From assembly GCA_964106915.2 (NCBI GenBank), contig OZ066916.1: 64,000 nucleotides of DNA. One strand, given 5' to 3'. Positions 38,673 to 52,864 of the stretch are shown here, in pieces. Made by a program: the position numbers and the translations under genes. Origin of the DNA: Podarcis gaigeae (taxonomy: Eukaryota). Each line of letters begins with the position of its first letter. Within the stretch, counting starts at the first letter, position 1. The notes beneath the pieces were generated by a model. That model was given only the letters and a program-made list of their open reading frames with translations, did no database searches and was not told where the DNA came from.

Positions 38673-40860
38673 GAAGGAGAGGCAGGGAAAGAGGCAAACT
38701 TCTTTCAGAGTCTGTGGAACACGGGCGGTTGGTCTGCAAGATCCCAAATCAAAGAAACTCTCAGCATACAGATCTAATGTCCCTTTCCTCCACCCACCCC
38801 AACTAACTGTATATAGTTGTATAGAATACACATTTTTTCATAAGTGTGTTATTTATATATGCATATAGGAATTGCATATGGACCCCTGTGCAAATAGACA
38901 TTTATATAATGTTATGCATTCTGCATCAATGTAAGGTTTTGTGTTTTCAAAATCATGCTCAAGTAAGGACTGGGCTATCATTTTTTAATCTGTATGGGAA
39001 AAGCTCAGCTTTCAGTGGTTGAGGCAACAGAACTCAAAGAGTCCATTTCTCAACTGCAAACCCCAGTTATGGGGCTTTTGCTGGTGGGGTTTCCATCTAA
39101 TGCATCTGAAAACTGCATCTGATGGTACTACTTTTGTGCAGAATAGCAGAGAGAAATATCAGCATCCACTGCCATTGTGCCTGTGCAGAAGTCAGGGACT
39201 TTGATTTGTGTCAAATACTACGTCTGTGTGATTGACTCTGGTGAGTAAAAGACTGGGATACCTAAAGTGTGGCTGACGCAATCAAATATCCCTTATTCTG
39301 CAAAGTGTACAAGTACCTCTGAAATATTTTTACTAAATCAAAGCCAAGGACTATAACCAGATCATTATTAAAGTTTCCATACATAAGTTATTTAATACAA
39401 ATGCAGCATAATTTCCTTAGAGATATATTGATGAAAATATTTAGACATATTTAAGAAAAAGAAAGAGTTTTTTTTAAAGGGGAAGGGCAGTAACTATTGG
39501 AGAGGAGGAATGAAGCTGGTAGATACAATAATAGACAAAGCAAAGCCCATTTGGAGTTATACTTGCCTTGCAATTTAGCTTGGCAGAGGTCCAGTTACTA
39601 AGAGCTCTTAATAGCTCCAGGGATGTGAGCAGAAGTAAAGCACATTTTCATTACAGTTATTATTTTGTGCCACCACTCAAAGATAAGGCCTGGGGAGGGA
39701 GGAGCTGCACGGATAGTTAAAGTTCCTCAAAGTCTTCTTCACATACTGCCTTATTACAAGGATGTAAACACAGCAAACTCACGTATCGTATAGCCACATT
39801 TTTCTGGGACCCAGAACTGGCTGCATCTCCCTTTTGAATGCCCATTTTGTTGACTAACTTTGATTTATCCTGCACAATGTGTGAAGCAGCCCTAAGCAAA
39901 ATAACCTTAAGCAACTTGGAGCAGGGCTTACCCACTGCGTATAAAGCAAAAATGTGGGTGGTATCTTAAAAACTGGGAGTTGCAATTAAAAACACACACA
40001 TAACCGCATCAGATAATTGGAAAAATGTCAGAAATGCATTTCTGGGTTGAAGGCAAGTTTGCGCATGTGCATTAGGGTCTGATTCATATTATGACTGATG
40101 TGTTCCCGTGTTCAGTTTATTCAAAAACAACCACAGTTGCTGATTCTATGAGCTTTCACTCCTAGAGGGTCTGTATACATGATATACAGTCTTCATGTAG
40201 AAGCCACTTTAATTTCTTCTCTGTACAGTGGTACCTCTGGATACGAACAGGATCCATTCCGGATCCCCATTCGCATCCTGAAGCGAATGTAACCCACGCC
40301 TGCGCGGGTCGTGATTCGCCGCTTCCGCGCATGATGTCATTTTGACCGGCGGCGCATGCACAGGCGGCGAAACCCGGAAGTAACACGTTCCGTTACTTCC
40401 GGGTCGCCGTGGAGCGCAACCCGGAAGCGCTTAACCTGAAGCATATTTAACCCGAGATAGGACTGTAGTAGTGGCTTTGTTAGGAGGGCAGGGAACATTT
40501 TATCCATGCCACTGCAGAGCAAGTCCCAATCCAACCAGCTTGAGAACTCTCAAGCCTACTGAATCCTACAGTGAATTTAAGTGCACTTGTCTATGTTTAC
40601 ACAGGCAAACTCTACAACAGCAAAAGGAATATGGCCCAATCCACTCAACTGCCCTTGCACACGCATCATGCTTTGCTAACATGAATGAATCAGCCATGGG
40701 AGAACAATTAAAAGCAGACTCCATGTGATACCCTTGTTGTTTGTTCAAACTCATCTTCTGAAGGAACATACTGTAAAGAGATTTGTTCTTAAAATATGCC
40801 CTTGTTGTTATTTATTCTTGAGTCTATACCAAGTCATTTGGCCATATACCAAATAAATGC
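38673..40860 (+). other. Probable ISM1 3' UTR (3' end uncertain)
   Basis: AU-rich sequence after the stop; first AATAAA I found is at 40852-40857, with earlier ATTAAA variants near 39367 and 39986 and another AATAAA near 41076. Confidence 0.4.
40226..40465. mobile_element. Tc1/mariner MITE, CpG-rich, downstream of the ISM1 stop
   Basis: TA|cagtggtacctctgg ... cccgagataggactg|TA. Confidence 0.75.
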
Positions 40861-43800
40861 ATAGTATTTTACGAAAGAAAGCCTATTCTTTAACAAAGTT
40901 TAAAAAAAAATCAGTGAAGGGATGGAGTGTTATAACTTTACTGCATTCTTTTGAAGCATATTTATTAAACTGCAGCTAACATGAATTTGGCAGAGTTAAA
41001 AGTGGCAAGCAAAGGGACTTTCTAAAAGGGACAATCGTGTTCCATAGAGAGCTGGTGCACAAATCCAGGTTTATCAATAAAGCCATGATGAAACATCTGT
41101 TAATTTGCATTCTCGTTATGTGGATGTTAAATACAAGAGGGAAGAAATGTGAAGGAATGCTTATGGCTCCATGAAGAAAGCCTGAGCAGGTGAGGGAGGG
41201 ATGCCAGAAAGAGTGAGCAGGCAACCCACCGACAGTGTCTTCTAGTAAAAGCATCTTAAAACATTTTTTGTATATGCTAATACATTCCATAAGGCTAATA
41301 TGTTCCTTACCAGGAGTTTGGGAACAAATTCACGGGTTTCTGTGACCAAGAATGAAAAATAAGGAAAATTTAAATGTAGCTTCCACAGCGAGGTCTAAGA
41401 AAACATTAACATCAGCCACTGCCACAAGACTTGTCAAGGTGATGGGAGGGAATTATTTTAGAATTTGTCTCTCACCTCATTCATTAAAATCCCATTGCTT
41501 CAGACCTGCCAAGGCTAGAAACACTTTGGCAGACCACAACAATATGTTTTCAGGCTCACTACAGCTTTTCCCAGCAGCAGCCCTGGAACAGATCAGAAGG
41601 AAAAATATTTCTCCCTCTGTGGTCTTCAGGAATAGCATTTTAAAATAATAATAATAATGTTATTGTTTTTGCTTGGGGGGGAAAATGAATTTTATAGCCT
41701 GCTAGTTTTAGTATCCCATTGACAACTGTGACAGAGCAGGGTCCAGTTTTACAGTCCATTGATGGCTACGGCTTGATTTTGTAAATAATGAAGTGTGCGT
41801 TTGTGTATAATGTAATTAGATCTTCCTTAACATAACATGGCATGTCCCTAATCAGAAAACCATAACGCTGAGCATTGAGCAACCCACAGAGACATCAGTT
41901 ATGTGGTCTCTGTGTGTGTGGGAACTGCACAGTACATAACTTACAAGAGGTCTGCCTCTTCAGCGCAGGTTTGCCTTATGACTGCTCTGTTGTCAAAGAA
42001 TGGCGGAAAAAGAGCACTGGAGAGGGCAGGGGAAGCTTGGGTATCTATAGCCCAAGAACATTCATACACTGTGGACATGTGTGAGCTGCACTGAGTCAAG
42101 GTTCAGCCACCTGTGTGCTTACAGCATTTAGGTTAGACCAGCAACTATTGAATTGAAACCATATAGAAAGCAACACATCAGCTAGCCAGGAACAAAGGAA
42201 GGGCAAGCGGGTGTTGCAGAGGATTATTCAGAAGTTCAAGCTGATGCCGAAAAATGGAGGTAGGATTCAAATATTACCTTGCCTTCCAACTGGTGTGAGT
42301 AATCTCTCAGAAATGCTTGCCACAAAAATGTTGTGCAAACTTGGGTGAGGGGGACCGAGTCGTGCACTGTCTGCAAGATTCAGTTCACACCCCAATTCAG
42401 TCCTTGGAAAAACAGCCCAATTTGGTCTGAAGTGCTTCAAAGCCTGCCCAGTTTGTTGCACATTTGAATCCTGATTTGGAGAAGTAAAGTTTCATGCCTC
42501 CCCCATTCACTGTTACTGGGAAATTTTAAAAATGGCTATATTTCCTCTTCTTAGTAAAATTGGGTGGAATCTGCAGGCATAGTAGCCCCTCCTGAGTGGA
42601 CAGAGCTTACCCACTTACAGAGAAATAGAGTTTTGTGCTGGGCACCATCAAACAAAAAAGAAGGAAAAATCTATAACTTATTTTAAAAAAAATTGAGGCA
42701 GAAGTCGATGAAATTTGCAGGCTTCTTGGATCCTTTTGAGGGGATGAAACCTGCCAAATTTCAGTATTACGTGCACGGACTAGTAGCAGCTCTCCAGGTT
42801 TTCAGGCAGGAGTCTCAACTCCATCTGGAGACACCAAGGGATTAAGCCCAGAACATTCTGGATGGAAAGCAGAGGCCCTGCTACTGAGGTACAGGCCTTG
42901 CACCTGGTCACTCTCCCCTCTCACTTACAGTGTACAGCCTATAGCTGAGGAATACAGCTGCATTTCTGTTATGTGAAGTAAACAAGTGATTCATAGTATG
43001 GTGGAAAGCCCAGAAGATGAGCAAGTTACTTCCAGGCTATTTCCTGGCATGCCTCACCAATTTATTTTTATAAAATATTAGCATTGAAATGTCCATTTCC
43101 TTACATCTCAGCACGTACATTTTCGCCCTTGTCATAAGTCTGTGCCCTTGGGTCTGCTCAAAAGGGGTACAGCAATTATAATGTTCCATTATGAAGACGG
43201 ATAACATTGCACCAAGCCAAAAATGGATAGTTGTGTGTGTGCAGGGGGTAGAGATTGCTTGCACACAGGCCACAATCCAACACTTGAGTTGGACATACTT
43301 AAACCTCTTCAAACCCATGACTTTAAGGGGCCCCTGGGCTGTGGGCCCTGGGACTGTGGCCATAAAGAGAAAAGAGATGAAGTTTGGAAGTCGATTTGAG
43401 GCACATACATCACGGCAAACCTAACACTGCCATCAGATGACACAGACCTGTTCAGCTGCATTTGGAATAACATAAAGGTGGAGGCAAGTAGGGCACAAGG
43501 GAAAAATGCCAGTAGCTGTAAAAACATAGCCATGGAAGACATTCCTCAGCATGTAAGGTGGGGGGGGACCTATTACAATCACCTCCCCCTACTCCTCCCT
43601 CTAATTGTACAGAAGATGATAAAAATGTGTGGCATTCTCCCTCCGAACATATATCTGGTTATAATTTTTCAGTGGAAAGTTGCTCAGGCAGTTTCCGTTA
43701 GACTGCACCCACACGGTACAAGGCAAATTAAGGGACTGACTGGGTAATTACTAGTGCATGTGCATGCCCACAGATCTGTAAATAAAGGCAGGAAATCCCC

Positions 43801-45124
43801 CAGTCTTTCACTCTTCAGCTCACTCCCAGACAGTACGATTGTTAGGAACACATGGAAAATCCACCGGGTAGGTGAGATGATGTTCTTTGTACTTCACAGA
43901 AGACTGGTATTTAGTCACAGTTTCAACAAAACTTGGATTCCACAGCAGCGCTTCAAATGACAAGCCAGGGATGAAGAGACCCAGCTTTGACTCTTAAACA
44001 GCCTTTTTAAAACAACAACAACATCACGCATACAACAGGTTCGTAGCTTTCTAGCCAGCCCCACAGAATGCTATTTTCTCCCTTAAAAGGGTTTACGCAA
44101 TTCCTCTGAACACATTCAATGTGCCACAGTGCAGTGTCTACAACCAAGCCCTACTTGGAGTTAGGCCTAGAGCTAGCCCATCCATGAGGCAGACTGAGGC
44201 AGCCACCACAGGCGGCTGAATCCAAGGAGCACTGCTGCCTCTGCTGGAGAAGTGGCAGTGGTGGTTTGTGGGTTCCAGCGAGATCTCACAAGAGCTTCAT
44301 GGGGCTGCGAAATCTCTCCCGAACCCAGAATCTGAAGTCCTGTGACCCTGGGAAATGAGGTTTTGGTGGGTCGGGTACCAGATGGACATGCAGGGCAGCC
44401 CTTTCCTGTTTCTCCTCAGGTGGCAAAACGGGATAGGATGCTTCTGAGCAAACCCATTGAGATCAATGGAGTGATGGGTCCAATCTGAGCAGGACTTAAC
44501 CAATTACACCTCATTGCCTTCTGCCAGGCAAAAGCAGGACAGAACTATGGTCTGCTTTGAACTTTCAAGATGGCCAGGGCTGAAAAGGATTGACGTATTT
44601 CCTTGACATCTTCTCTATGTAGGCTGCAAGTACAGGTAGCTAAATTGGGCAGATCTTGACACAAACACCAACAGCTCTCCGGCCACAGTGATTGCTTATG
44701 CTTTATTATATACCATTGACAGGTTCAGATACCAGGTGTCCTTTATTTTAAGAAAAGACAAAGGCTCCTAAATCTTTTTTTAAAATAAAAAAATCAGTTA
44801 CTTGAATACCCTTCGGCCTATGCCTCATTTCTAAGTGTGTGTTCCAGTAGTCAGTATGTAGTGAATTTGTATCCAATACTGCACCGTATTTTCCAGACCT
44901 GCTTCTTCATACATCCTGTATTTGGAAATGCATAGAAAAGATGGCCTTTGGGAGCTATTTAAACATTTTTGATATTTAGGAGGAGGCAAGGAAAAGTGAC
45001 TTTTCTTGGGGAAATTGGACATTGTCCATCCCTTACGCTTTGGAGCCCTTGTGGGAGCATTATATTCCAAACCAAGCCAGCCAGTCACAATGAAGGGCTC
45101 CTTGAGGCACCATGTGACATTCCT

Positions 45125-45609
45125 TTTTTTAAAAAAAAAAAATAATTTTTATTAACTGGCCAATCACATCAAATTAAATCACATCACATAAATTCCGAAT
45201 TACAAAGCCAAATTTTGAATTTTGTTGGGGGGACCCATACTTCAAGATCCAAAGGGGGATTCTAATCATCTTCTTGCTACTGCGTTAATGTCCAAATCAG
45301 TCCCAATCAGTCCAAACAGAGTTCATAATTCTATCCAGTCTTACCTCGCTGTTTCTACATCATATCTTGTTCATATAATTTCTCTTTTTTCTTTATGATC
45401 TCTTCTGATAGTCTCCTTAAGCCGATAAACACAAATATAATAATCCTGTGTGAATTTCCCATTCTTCCAATCCAAGTCCAGCTGGTTTCCATATATCATC
45501 TCCTTCATAGATAACATCGCTCTTTCCATCATAATTTTATGAAATTTTCGCTCTTAAGTCCCACTGAGGAGTTTAATCCACGATATATAAACAGCTTTGT
45601 TTCTCTCTT
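45125..45609 (-). mobile_element. Poly(A)-tailed retro-insertion of unrecognised family
   Basis: 16-bp TSD accatgtgacattcct at 45109-45124 and 45610-45625; minus strand ends AATAAA...T-run/A-run. Confidence 0.8.
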
Positions 45610-45876
45610 ACCATGTGACATTCCTGGCTCTGCCTGGAAATGCAGATGCTTCACCACTGAGCTACAGCCCTTCCCTGAGGAGGAGGAGGAACCTGCCTAG
45701 AGGAAGCAAAGAGACTTTGGCGCACCAGCATATGGTAAATGGGCACCTCATTTTCATAGAATTATAGAGTAGGAAGGGACCCTGAGGACCAACTCACTGC
45801 AGTGCAGGAAGATGTAGCTGTCCCATTTGGGGACTGAATTTGCAAACCTTGGCATTATCAGCACCACACTCTAAAC

Positions 45877-46115
45877 CCTGGGTAGGCAAATTAAGACCCG
45901 GGGACCGGATCCGGCCCAATCGCCTTCTAAATCCAGCCCGCGGATGGTCCAGGAATCAGTGTGTTTTTACATGAGTAGAATGTGTGCTTTTATTTAAAAT
46001 GCATCTCTGGGTTATTTAGGTGTAGGAATCCGTTCATTCCCCCCCCCCAATATAGTCCAGCCCCCCACAAGGTCGGAGGGACAGTGGACCAGCTCAAAAG
46101 GTTTTCTGACCCCTG
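45877..46115. mobile_element. hAT MITE
   Basis: 8-bp TSD ctctaaac/ctctaacc; homologous to 13124-13381. Confidence 0.8.
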
Positions 46116-46975
46116 CTCTAACCGGCAGAGCAAGCTGAGTTCTTTACTCAAATCAATGAGCAGAGCTTCAGAGCATAAAGGAGAAGGTGGCAGCTGGCAG
46201 GGATAAAGCCTAGAGTTTGATTTCATAGGGTCAGTTATGAAATGCTTTATAGTCAATCAGCCTTTCAAGCCCTGAGGCTGTTAAGCTGCATTTGAATTTT
46301 TCAAGGTGATAAGCAAAATCATCCCCATAAAGGCTGCTCATTCCAGCTACGATTGCTGAGGATTTCTCATAGGGCACCTCCTGCCAACCTATGTATTAAG
46401 CATTCATCCTGATTTGATGGGGCAAAACCTATGCAGAAATTTGACTATGTGTGGTCTTTACTGAGCCTTTGTTTTGTGGGGAGATTATACAACAATAAGC
46501 ATTCACCATAATTCGCTTGTGGAGTGTTTATAAATCTTCCCAATAATCATTATTTCACCTCACACTTTTCAGAGCACTTCCCTGTCACTTTCCTAACTAC
46601 AAAAAGTTTTGTTTTGTTCTGTTCTGTAAGTGAATTTGTTGTGCTAGGGCAACAGAGAACTTTAATGGCACAAACCTAAATTTCCAACGAAGTACACTCT
46701 TGAATCCCTCAATCAAAGTAGTGACAGTCTGGAGATACATTGCCCTAGAGCTGTTTGCTAGCACAGAACAAAACACTCTGCTTTGCTGAAATATGTTTAC
46801 AGCAAAGAAAGCTACACTGCAAAGGACTCTGTGACAAGGAAGAACTCTTTGCCAAGTTCACAAAAAGTCTTCGCTTTGCTCCACTATGCTTGAAAGGGAT
46901 ATGTCTGGGTAGAAAGGGCTATAGAAACATTGTGAACATTAATAGCAGGAAAGGAGCACACTTTTCTGCAGGATA

Positions 46976-47331
46976 AAGGTAAAGGTAAAGAGACCCCTGA
47001 CCATTAGGTCCAGTCGTGGCCAACTCTGGGGTTGCAGTGCTCATCTCGCTTTATTGGCCAAGGGAGCCGGCGTACAGCTTCCGGGTCATGTGGCCAGCAT
47101 GACTAAGCTGCTTCTGGCGAACCAGAGCAGTGCACGGAAATGCCGTTTACGTTGCCTCCGGAGCGGTACCTACTTATCTACTTGCACTTTGACGTGTTTT
47201 CGAACTGCTAGGTTGGCAGGAGCAGGGACCGAGTAACGGGAGCTCACCCCGTCGCGGGGATTCGAACCGCCAACCTTCTGATCGGCAAGCCCTAGGCTCT
47301 GTGGTTTAACCCACAGCGCCACCCCCGTCCC
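46976..47331 (-). mobile_element. Full-length Sauria SINE
   Basis: 13-bp TSD tttctgcaggata (46963-46975, 47332-47344); (ACCTTT)n tail; tRNA-like head. Confidence 0.95.
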
Positions 47332-48315
47332 TTTCTGCAGGATACCGGGCAATAATCCATCATTAATTATACTCAGGTAAAGTACAACGCATGAGATCCG
47401 TTGATTTTAATGGGTTTACTCCAATAGGATGGTTTGTTTTTGGTTTTTTAAAGAACAGAACACTGTAAAACTCTGAAAAGGCAATTGGTTTCCACCTTCC
47501 CTTGCTTCCAATCTGCATTATGTGGTTGATCTCATGACTATTTTCATGAGGATGGTGACACTTGTTTTTGTTCCCTTGTTTTCCTGAAGCAGATTTGTTG
47601 TCCCTGGAAATAATTTACAACTACTGGTGCCAAAAAGAAAAAGGAAAGAATGGAAAATGTTTGCTTGTTTCTGTTTTGGAAAGTGCCATATCCTGAAACA
47701 TTGGACTGGGCCTACCCTCCAGAATCATGGGAGACATCAATGGAGGTGGGAGAATGAGGAGGGTCATGAAAAGGAGACTGCCGGGCGCTAAATTCTTCCA
47801 CGTGGCATTATTTTACGGTAAGTGTGTTCTGCATTGTGCGCCTTGTTTCTGTTTGTGGAAGATGTTTGCAAAGGGGGGAAATATCATCAAAAAGGGTGAA
47901 CAGCAAAGAGTTTGGTTGGTTGTGTTTGTGCCTTACACTGTGGGCTCCCCCTTGTTGTAACTACCTACTGGAGAATGTCCTGCTACCTGCTGGAGAAGCC
48001 CAAAACAAAGCCCTGGCTCTACTCTTGAAACATGGAAGCAGGGCCACTGATAGCGAAACCCCTGAGCACTCAACAAGCCACATCTGGAAAGTCAGAACAG
48101 CTCAGGTCCTCTCCTTGTCTTCATTAGTTAGCATGGCTAGAGAGGCCCAGTTTCATCTGTGCAAGCTCTCCTTTGAAGCAGAGGCAAATGCATATCTAGA
48201 TAAGAAAACACTCAACTGCTATGTTACCTGCTGTAATGATTCAGTCAACTCCTTTTTCTGCACTTCTGGCACCCTGGGCACCTTGAGCGAGTCATTCTGG
48301 GTCCACAGACTAGAG

Positions 48316-48452
48316 CAGTGTTTCTCAAACTTGGGTCTCCAGCTGCTCTTGGACTACAACTCTCATCATCCCTGACCACTGGTCCTGCTAGCTAGGGCAT
48401 GTTGGGAGTTGTAGTCTAACAACAGTGGGAGACCCAAGTCTGAGAAACACTG
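48316..48452. mobile_element. Palindromic hAT MITE
   Basis: TIRs cagtgtttctca / tgagaaacactg; 8-bp TSD gactagag/cactagag. Confidence 0.85.
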
Positions 48453-50936
48453 CACTAGAGAAATATGTTGGAATGACTTTTTTCCTCAGAGTCTCTAAGA
48501 TGGGCTGAGGAACCTGTGGCCCTCCAGATGTTAGTGTATTATGATATCTATTATCCTTGGCCATTGGCCATGCCTGCTTGAGGGCCAAAAGTTCATCACC
48601 TTTCCTCCAAGACAAACCCATGTAACAACCTCTAGGTCAGGGTTTCCCAAACTTGGGTCTCCAGTTGTTTTGCTCTACAACTCCCATAATCCCTAGCTAG
48701 CAGGACCAGTGGTCAGGGGTTATGGGAATTGTAGTCCCAAAACTGCTGAAGACTAAGTTTGGGAAATTCTGCTCTCTGCCTTTGAAACTGCCTGGGACAT
48801 GTGACTTTAGGACAAGCCCTCACATTACCTCATAATCTTGATTCTAAAGGAATAACTCTAAATTATAAACTCTATTGTCACACATTCCAACCATTCTAGG
48901 AATGCAGACAAGTGGCTCAAGCCCTTCTTTAGCATCAGGGCCACCAAAGGACCTGCAGTTCTCCAAATGTAGTTGGACTCCCACTCCCATCAGCCTCACC
49001 CAGCATGGGCAATTATCAGGGATGGTGGGAGTCGCAGTTCAACAGCTTCTGGTGGGTCACCTCTGAGGTGGAAAGATTACTGAGAAGCAACTAGGGACTC
49101 AGCTGTACAGCTGCAAACAAAACATTTAAATGTGTTGTAAAGTGCAATATACAAATGTGACACTAGATGGCAACAGTGAGCTATGCCAAATTCAATGTGT
49201 TTTTCAAAACTTTTTTTAAAAGCATTTTTAGGTGTGCAGATTCCACCTATATATGTGGAAGGTACCAACTATTATAATGTAGCTGATACGAGACAAGGCA
49301 ACAATTTTCTTGCTTGTTTTTGCTTTGTCTGAACTGGCCACCTCCATATTGGAAAATGCTGGTCCAAAGGGAAATGGAAGAGATAAGGAAAAACAGCAAT
49401 ATAGGGAAATTTGCAGTAGCAAATTGGAATTGGGCTTGACAGTTCCAAGAGGACTTGATTGAAATCCCACTGAGTCTAGCACAAAACCAAAATCTGCTGC
49501 TGTCTGAAGAGTGGGATTTACACCTTTGCTTTCTTAACATGTGCAACCTTCTAGCAGCAGATATATTATTTTGCACAAAATTGCTGCAGTTCTACATTCT
49601 GTAGTATCTCTGTGCCAGCCTGCAAATGCCATACTCATGACAGTGGTGTGTTTAGCTGTCCAAAAATTGCCCTTGGTTTTTCTAGGTTCAGTGAGCCCTT
49701 CTTACCCCAGATGAGCTCACTGTGCCACAATTGTTTGAATCGGTTGATCTATAACTCCCAGCAGCCCCAGCCGGTAGAGCAAATGGTCAAGGATGATGGG
49801 AACTATAGTACAGAAATATCTGGAGGGCCACATTGGGGAAAGCTGACCTAGTTCTCTCGGAGGTGGCTAACCTGTGTCTGGGTTGTCCTGCTTTATACCG
49901 GAGAGGTCAGTTGATGTCAAGTAGATTGATTCTTACATCTTCTCCCCGATATGCCAGTTTTCTGTGCGTAGGATCTGCTGTGTGGCTTCCTTTTCCAGTG
50001 CCAGATTTAGGGCAGTTAGGCAGTTCCCCTACACAGGATGCCAAGCCAAATCGGTGCAAAATTGAGAAAATCCATAACTGAGAAGATCCATTGCTTCTCT
50101 TTTTATGCTGAACGGTTCCTTACAAGGCCAAATTCCTACCTTAAGTCACAGAAAGCAATCCAATTTCCCTCTTGTAGTTTGGCAAAAATAAACTCTCGTG
50201 GCACCTACTGTGTTTTTAAGCACAAATAGAAACTGCAGTAAAAATTTGTCCGAAGCTTAGAAGGGTCACAAAGTGCATTTGTGACCCCCCCAAACTCCCA
50301 AATACTTATTTTGATTATAACTTTGAGACAATGAAAAGTGGTTGCTGCTGTCAGGGAGCTGAAGCCAGTCAAACTCATGTGTGTCTTTCTACCAGCTTCA
50401 TACCTGATAAGTGTAGTAACAGCACTCTGTCTGCTTTGATAAAATCGGAGGGGCTTTAAGTTGCTGAAGTATCTGAGCATTTATGACAATCATCTGGCTC
50501 TTGATTTGTTTGCCTGAAGATGGCAGATTTCACAAGAGACATGAAAGGTTTCAGAGTGGCTGGAAAGTCACTTTTGATGAAATCATTTCTGGCCCCAGGG
50601 GCTGCATTCTTGAGAATTTGGGCATTTTGAGGATCAGTGTCCTCTGATGATTTTTTGGCAAGTTTACACCAGTGCGGAGAAACCCATCTGGAACAAAGGA
50701 GTCGAGTAAACATACACGAACGTGAGGAGAACAAAGCTGGCACAGAAGCCACATGGAATTTCATTTAAGGAAGCAAAATAACTTCTCCATTCATGGTCCT
50801 GGCGAGAGCACCAGCAAAAACAATAAAGCCCAAGGAACATTACTAAAAAAAACCTTCAGACAATGTAATATTCATGTCAGAATTCATGTGCACTCAGCTC
50901 TTATTGTGGGTCTTCCTCAGAATGCAGTCCTCTGTA

Positions 50937-51178
50937 CAGTTCTACCTCAGGTTACATACGCTTCAGGTTACATACGCTTCAGGTTACAGACTCTGCTAAC
51001 CCAGAAATAGTGCTTCAGGTTAAGAACGTTGCTTCAGGATGAGAACAGAAATCGTGCTCCGGTGGCGCGGCAGCAGCAAGAGGCCCCATTAGCTAAAGTG
51101 GTGCTTCAGGTTAAGAACAGTTTCAGGTTAAGAACGGACCTCCGGAACGAATTAAGTACTTAACCCGAGGTACCACTG
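50937..51178. mobile_element. Tc1/mariner MITE
   Basis: TA-flanked, very similar to 28622-28847, with one extra caggttacatacgctt unit. Confidence 0.88.
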
Positions 51179-52864
51179 TACTCCTGTACGATGCAGAAAG
51201 ACCAGCACTAAAAAGCAGTGCAAATCTGAAACAAATACTCAGCTGATGGGCATGACAACTGGAAGTCCAGCTTCCTTCCTCACCAGCCTCACCCCCACCC
51301 CACCCCTAGTAAGGGATCTCAATACCGATAGTTAAAATCAAGAAGATAAAAGCCCTATTCTCAATACTAAGGCGTTTAGGCGAGTTGCCATATTGTTAAC
51401 ACTGTTTTAGAGACAGAACTTAGCTTGGTTTAGTTGCCCTTGGAAGATCACTGGAGAAGCACAGTTTTGCAATTGTTACAGTTATTGGTGGAGAACATGC
51501 TTTCCATGTGCTTCTATGGCTGAGCTGAGTCTGGAAGTCAGGGAACCCAGAATCAAAACCCAGCAAAACTCTCCATTTTGTTTTACAATTTGGGGAAGAG
51601 ACACCTCTTGTCTCTTCCTGCTGGCACTCTCCTCCACCCCACCCCACCGCCGCCAGACACGCATGTGCCAGCAAGGATTTTGCCTCGTGCATGGCCGCCT
51701 TCTTAAGATACACATCAGTTTCTTATTAAAGGGCATTGCATCATTTAAATGTCAGAGGCAATATCATGCCACTTTTTTTTTCTTCTTCAACTGAGTCCTG
51801 GCAGCCCTCAAGGGAAACAAATGCATCAGAGTAAGGCCTCAGAACAGAGTTGTCAGTGGAGCTCAGCCCACTGGAAAACCAAGCTGAGAACCACAGAACA
51901 CAAGGGGCACTTGTTTGCCCAGAGCCTAGGACATCAGTTTCACTGTTTCTGGACCTTGGGAGCCACTGTGTTCACGTTGCCACATTTCCCCCAGTGCCGC
52001 AGTGAAGACAGCATTCAGCATGGTTCAAAATAGTAAAAGCTGAGGTATTCCAGTTTCTTCATGTAAAAACACTCAGCTGCCTCTCAGCCATTAAATGAAT
52101 GAACAGCAAAGACTGTCCGCATAAACATCCAGCCAAAAGAAACCTCGGAGGCCGTGCGGAGGCTACTGCTTCATACAATCTGGGTCATGTTTCCCAAATG
52201 CAAATATTACCCTTGGCACAGGCCAGCCTTTACTTCATGAGTTATGTGGCATTTTCTTGTTGCTATATTTGAGTTGGTGCAAGAAAAAGAAAAAGAGGCA
52301 TAAATAGTTTTGGATTTTCTCTGAGCTATCAGAAAAAGCCAGGACACAGCTTGTGCTGCAGAGAACTCCATGTTCTTTAAAGGTCCTAGCATTTCCATTA
52401 CAGCTGCCCAGTCTTCAAAGAAAATCACACATCAGCTAAAAAAAAAAAAAACATTCAAGAATGAACATCCCATTGGAGAATGATTTTCTTAATTCCTTTA
52501 CATGGGCATCAGCCCTTTGGATCCAGACTAGAATGTTTCATCAAGGGTTTTTTTTTTAAAGTCTCTATCAAAAAGAAAAAAGATTCATAGAACTCATCCT
52601 TTAGTCACACAGTTATTGCCCTGCAATAACATCCACATGTCCAATGGCAGGGATGGAGAGCCTGTGGCCCTCCAGATGTTGTTGAACTGATGGGAGTTTC
52701 TGTCCATCATTATCTGGAGAGGCGCAGATTCCCCATCCCTGCCATTTGGAAATACCAACATATCTGCGTCACGATCTCTCAGCCACACGGCACCTTCAAA
52801 ACATTTTTGCACAGTTTTTCATAGCAGTTAGGGACAGCTCCTTTAACTTAGAACTTTACAATTC

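Noticed and set aside
47824-48375. 183-aa ORF
   Set aside because: Non-ATG start, no domain, ends inside a MITE
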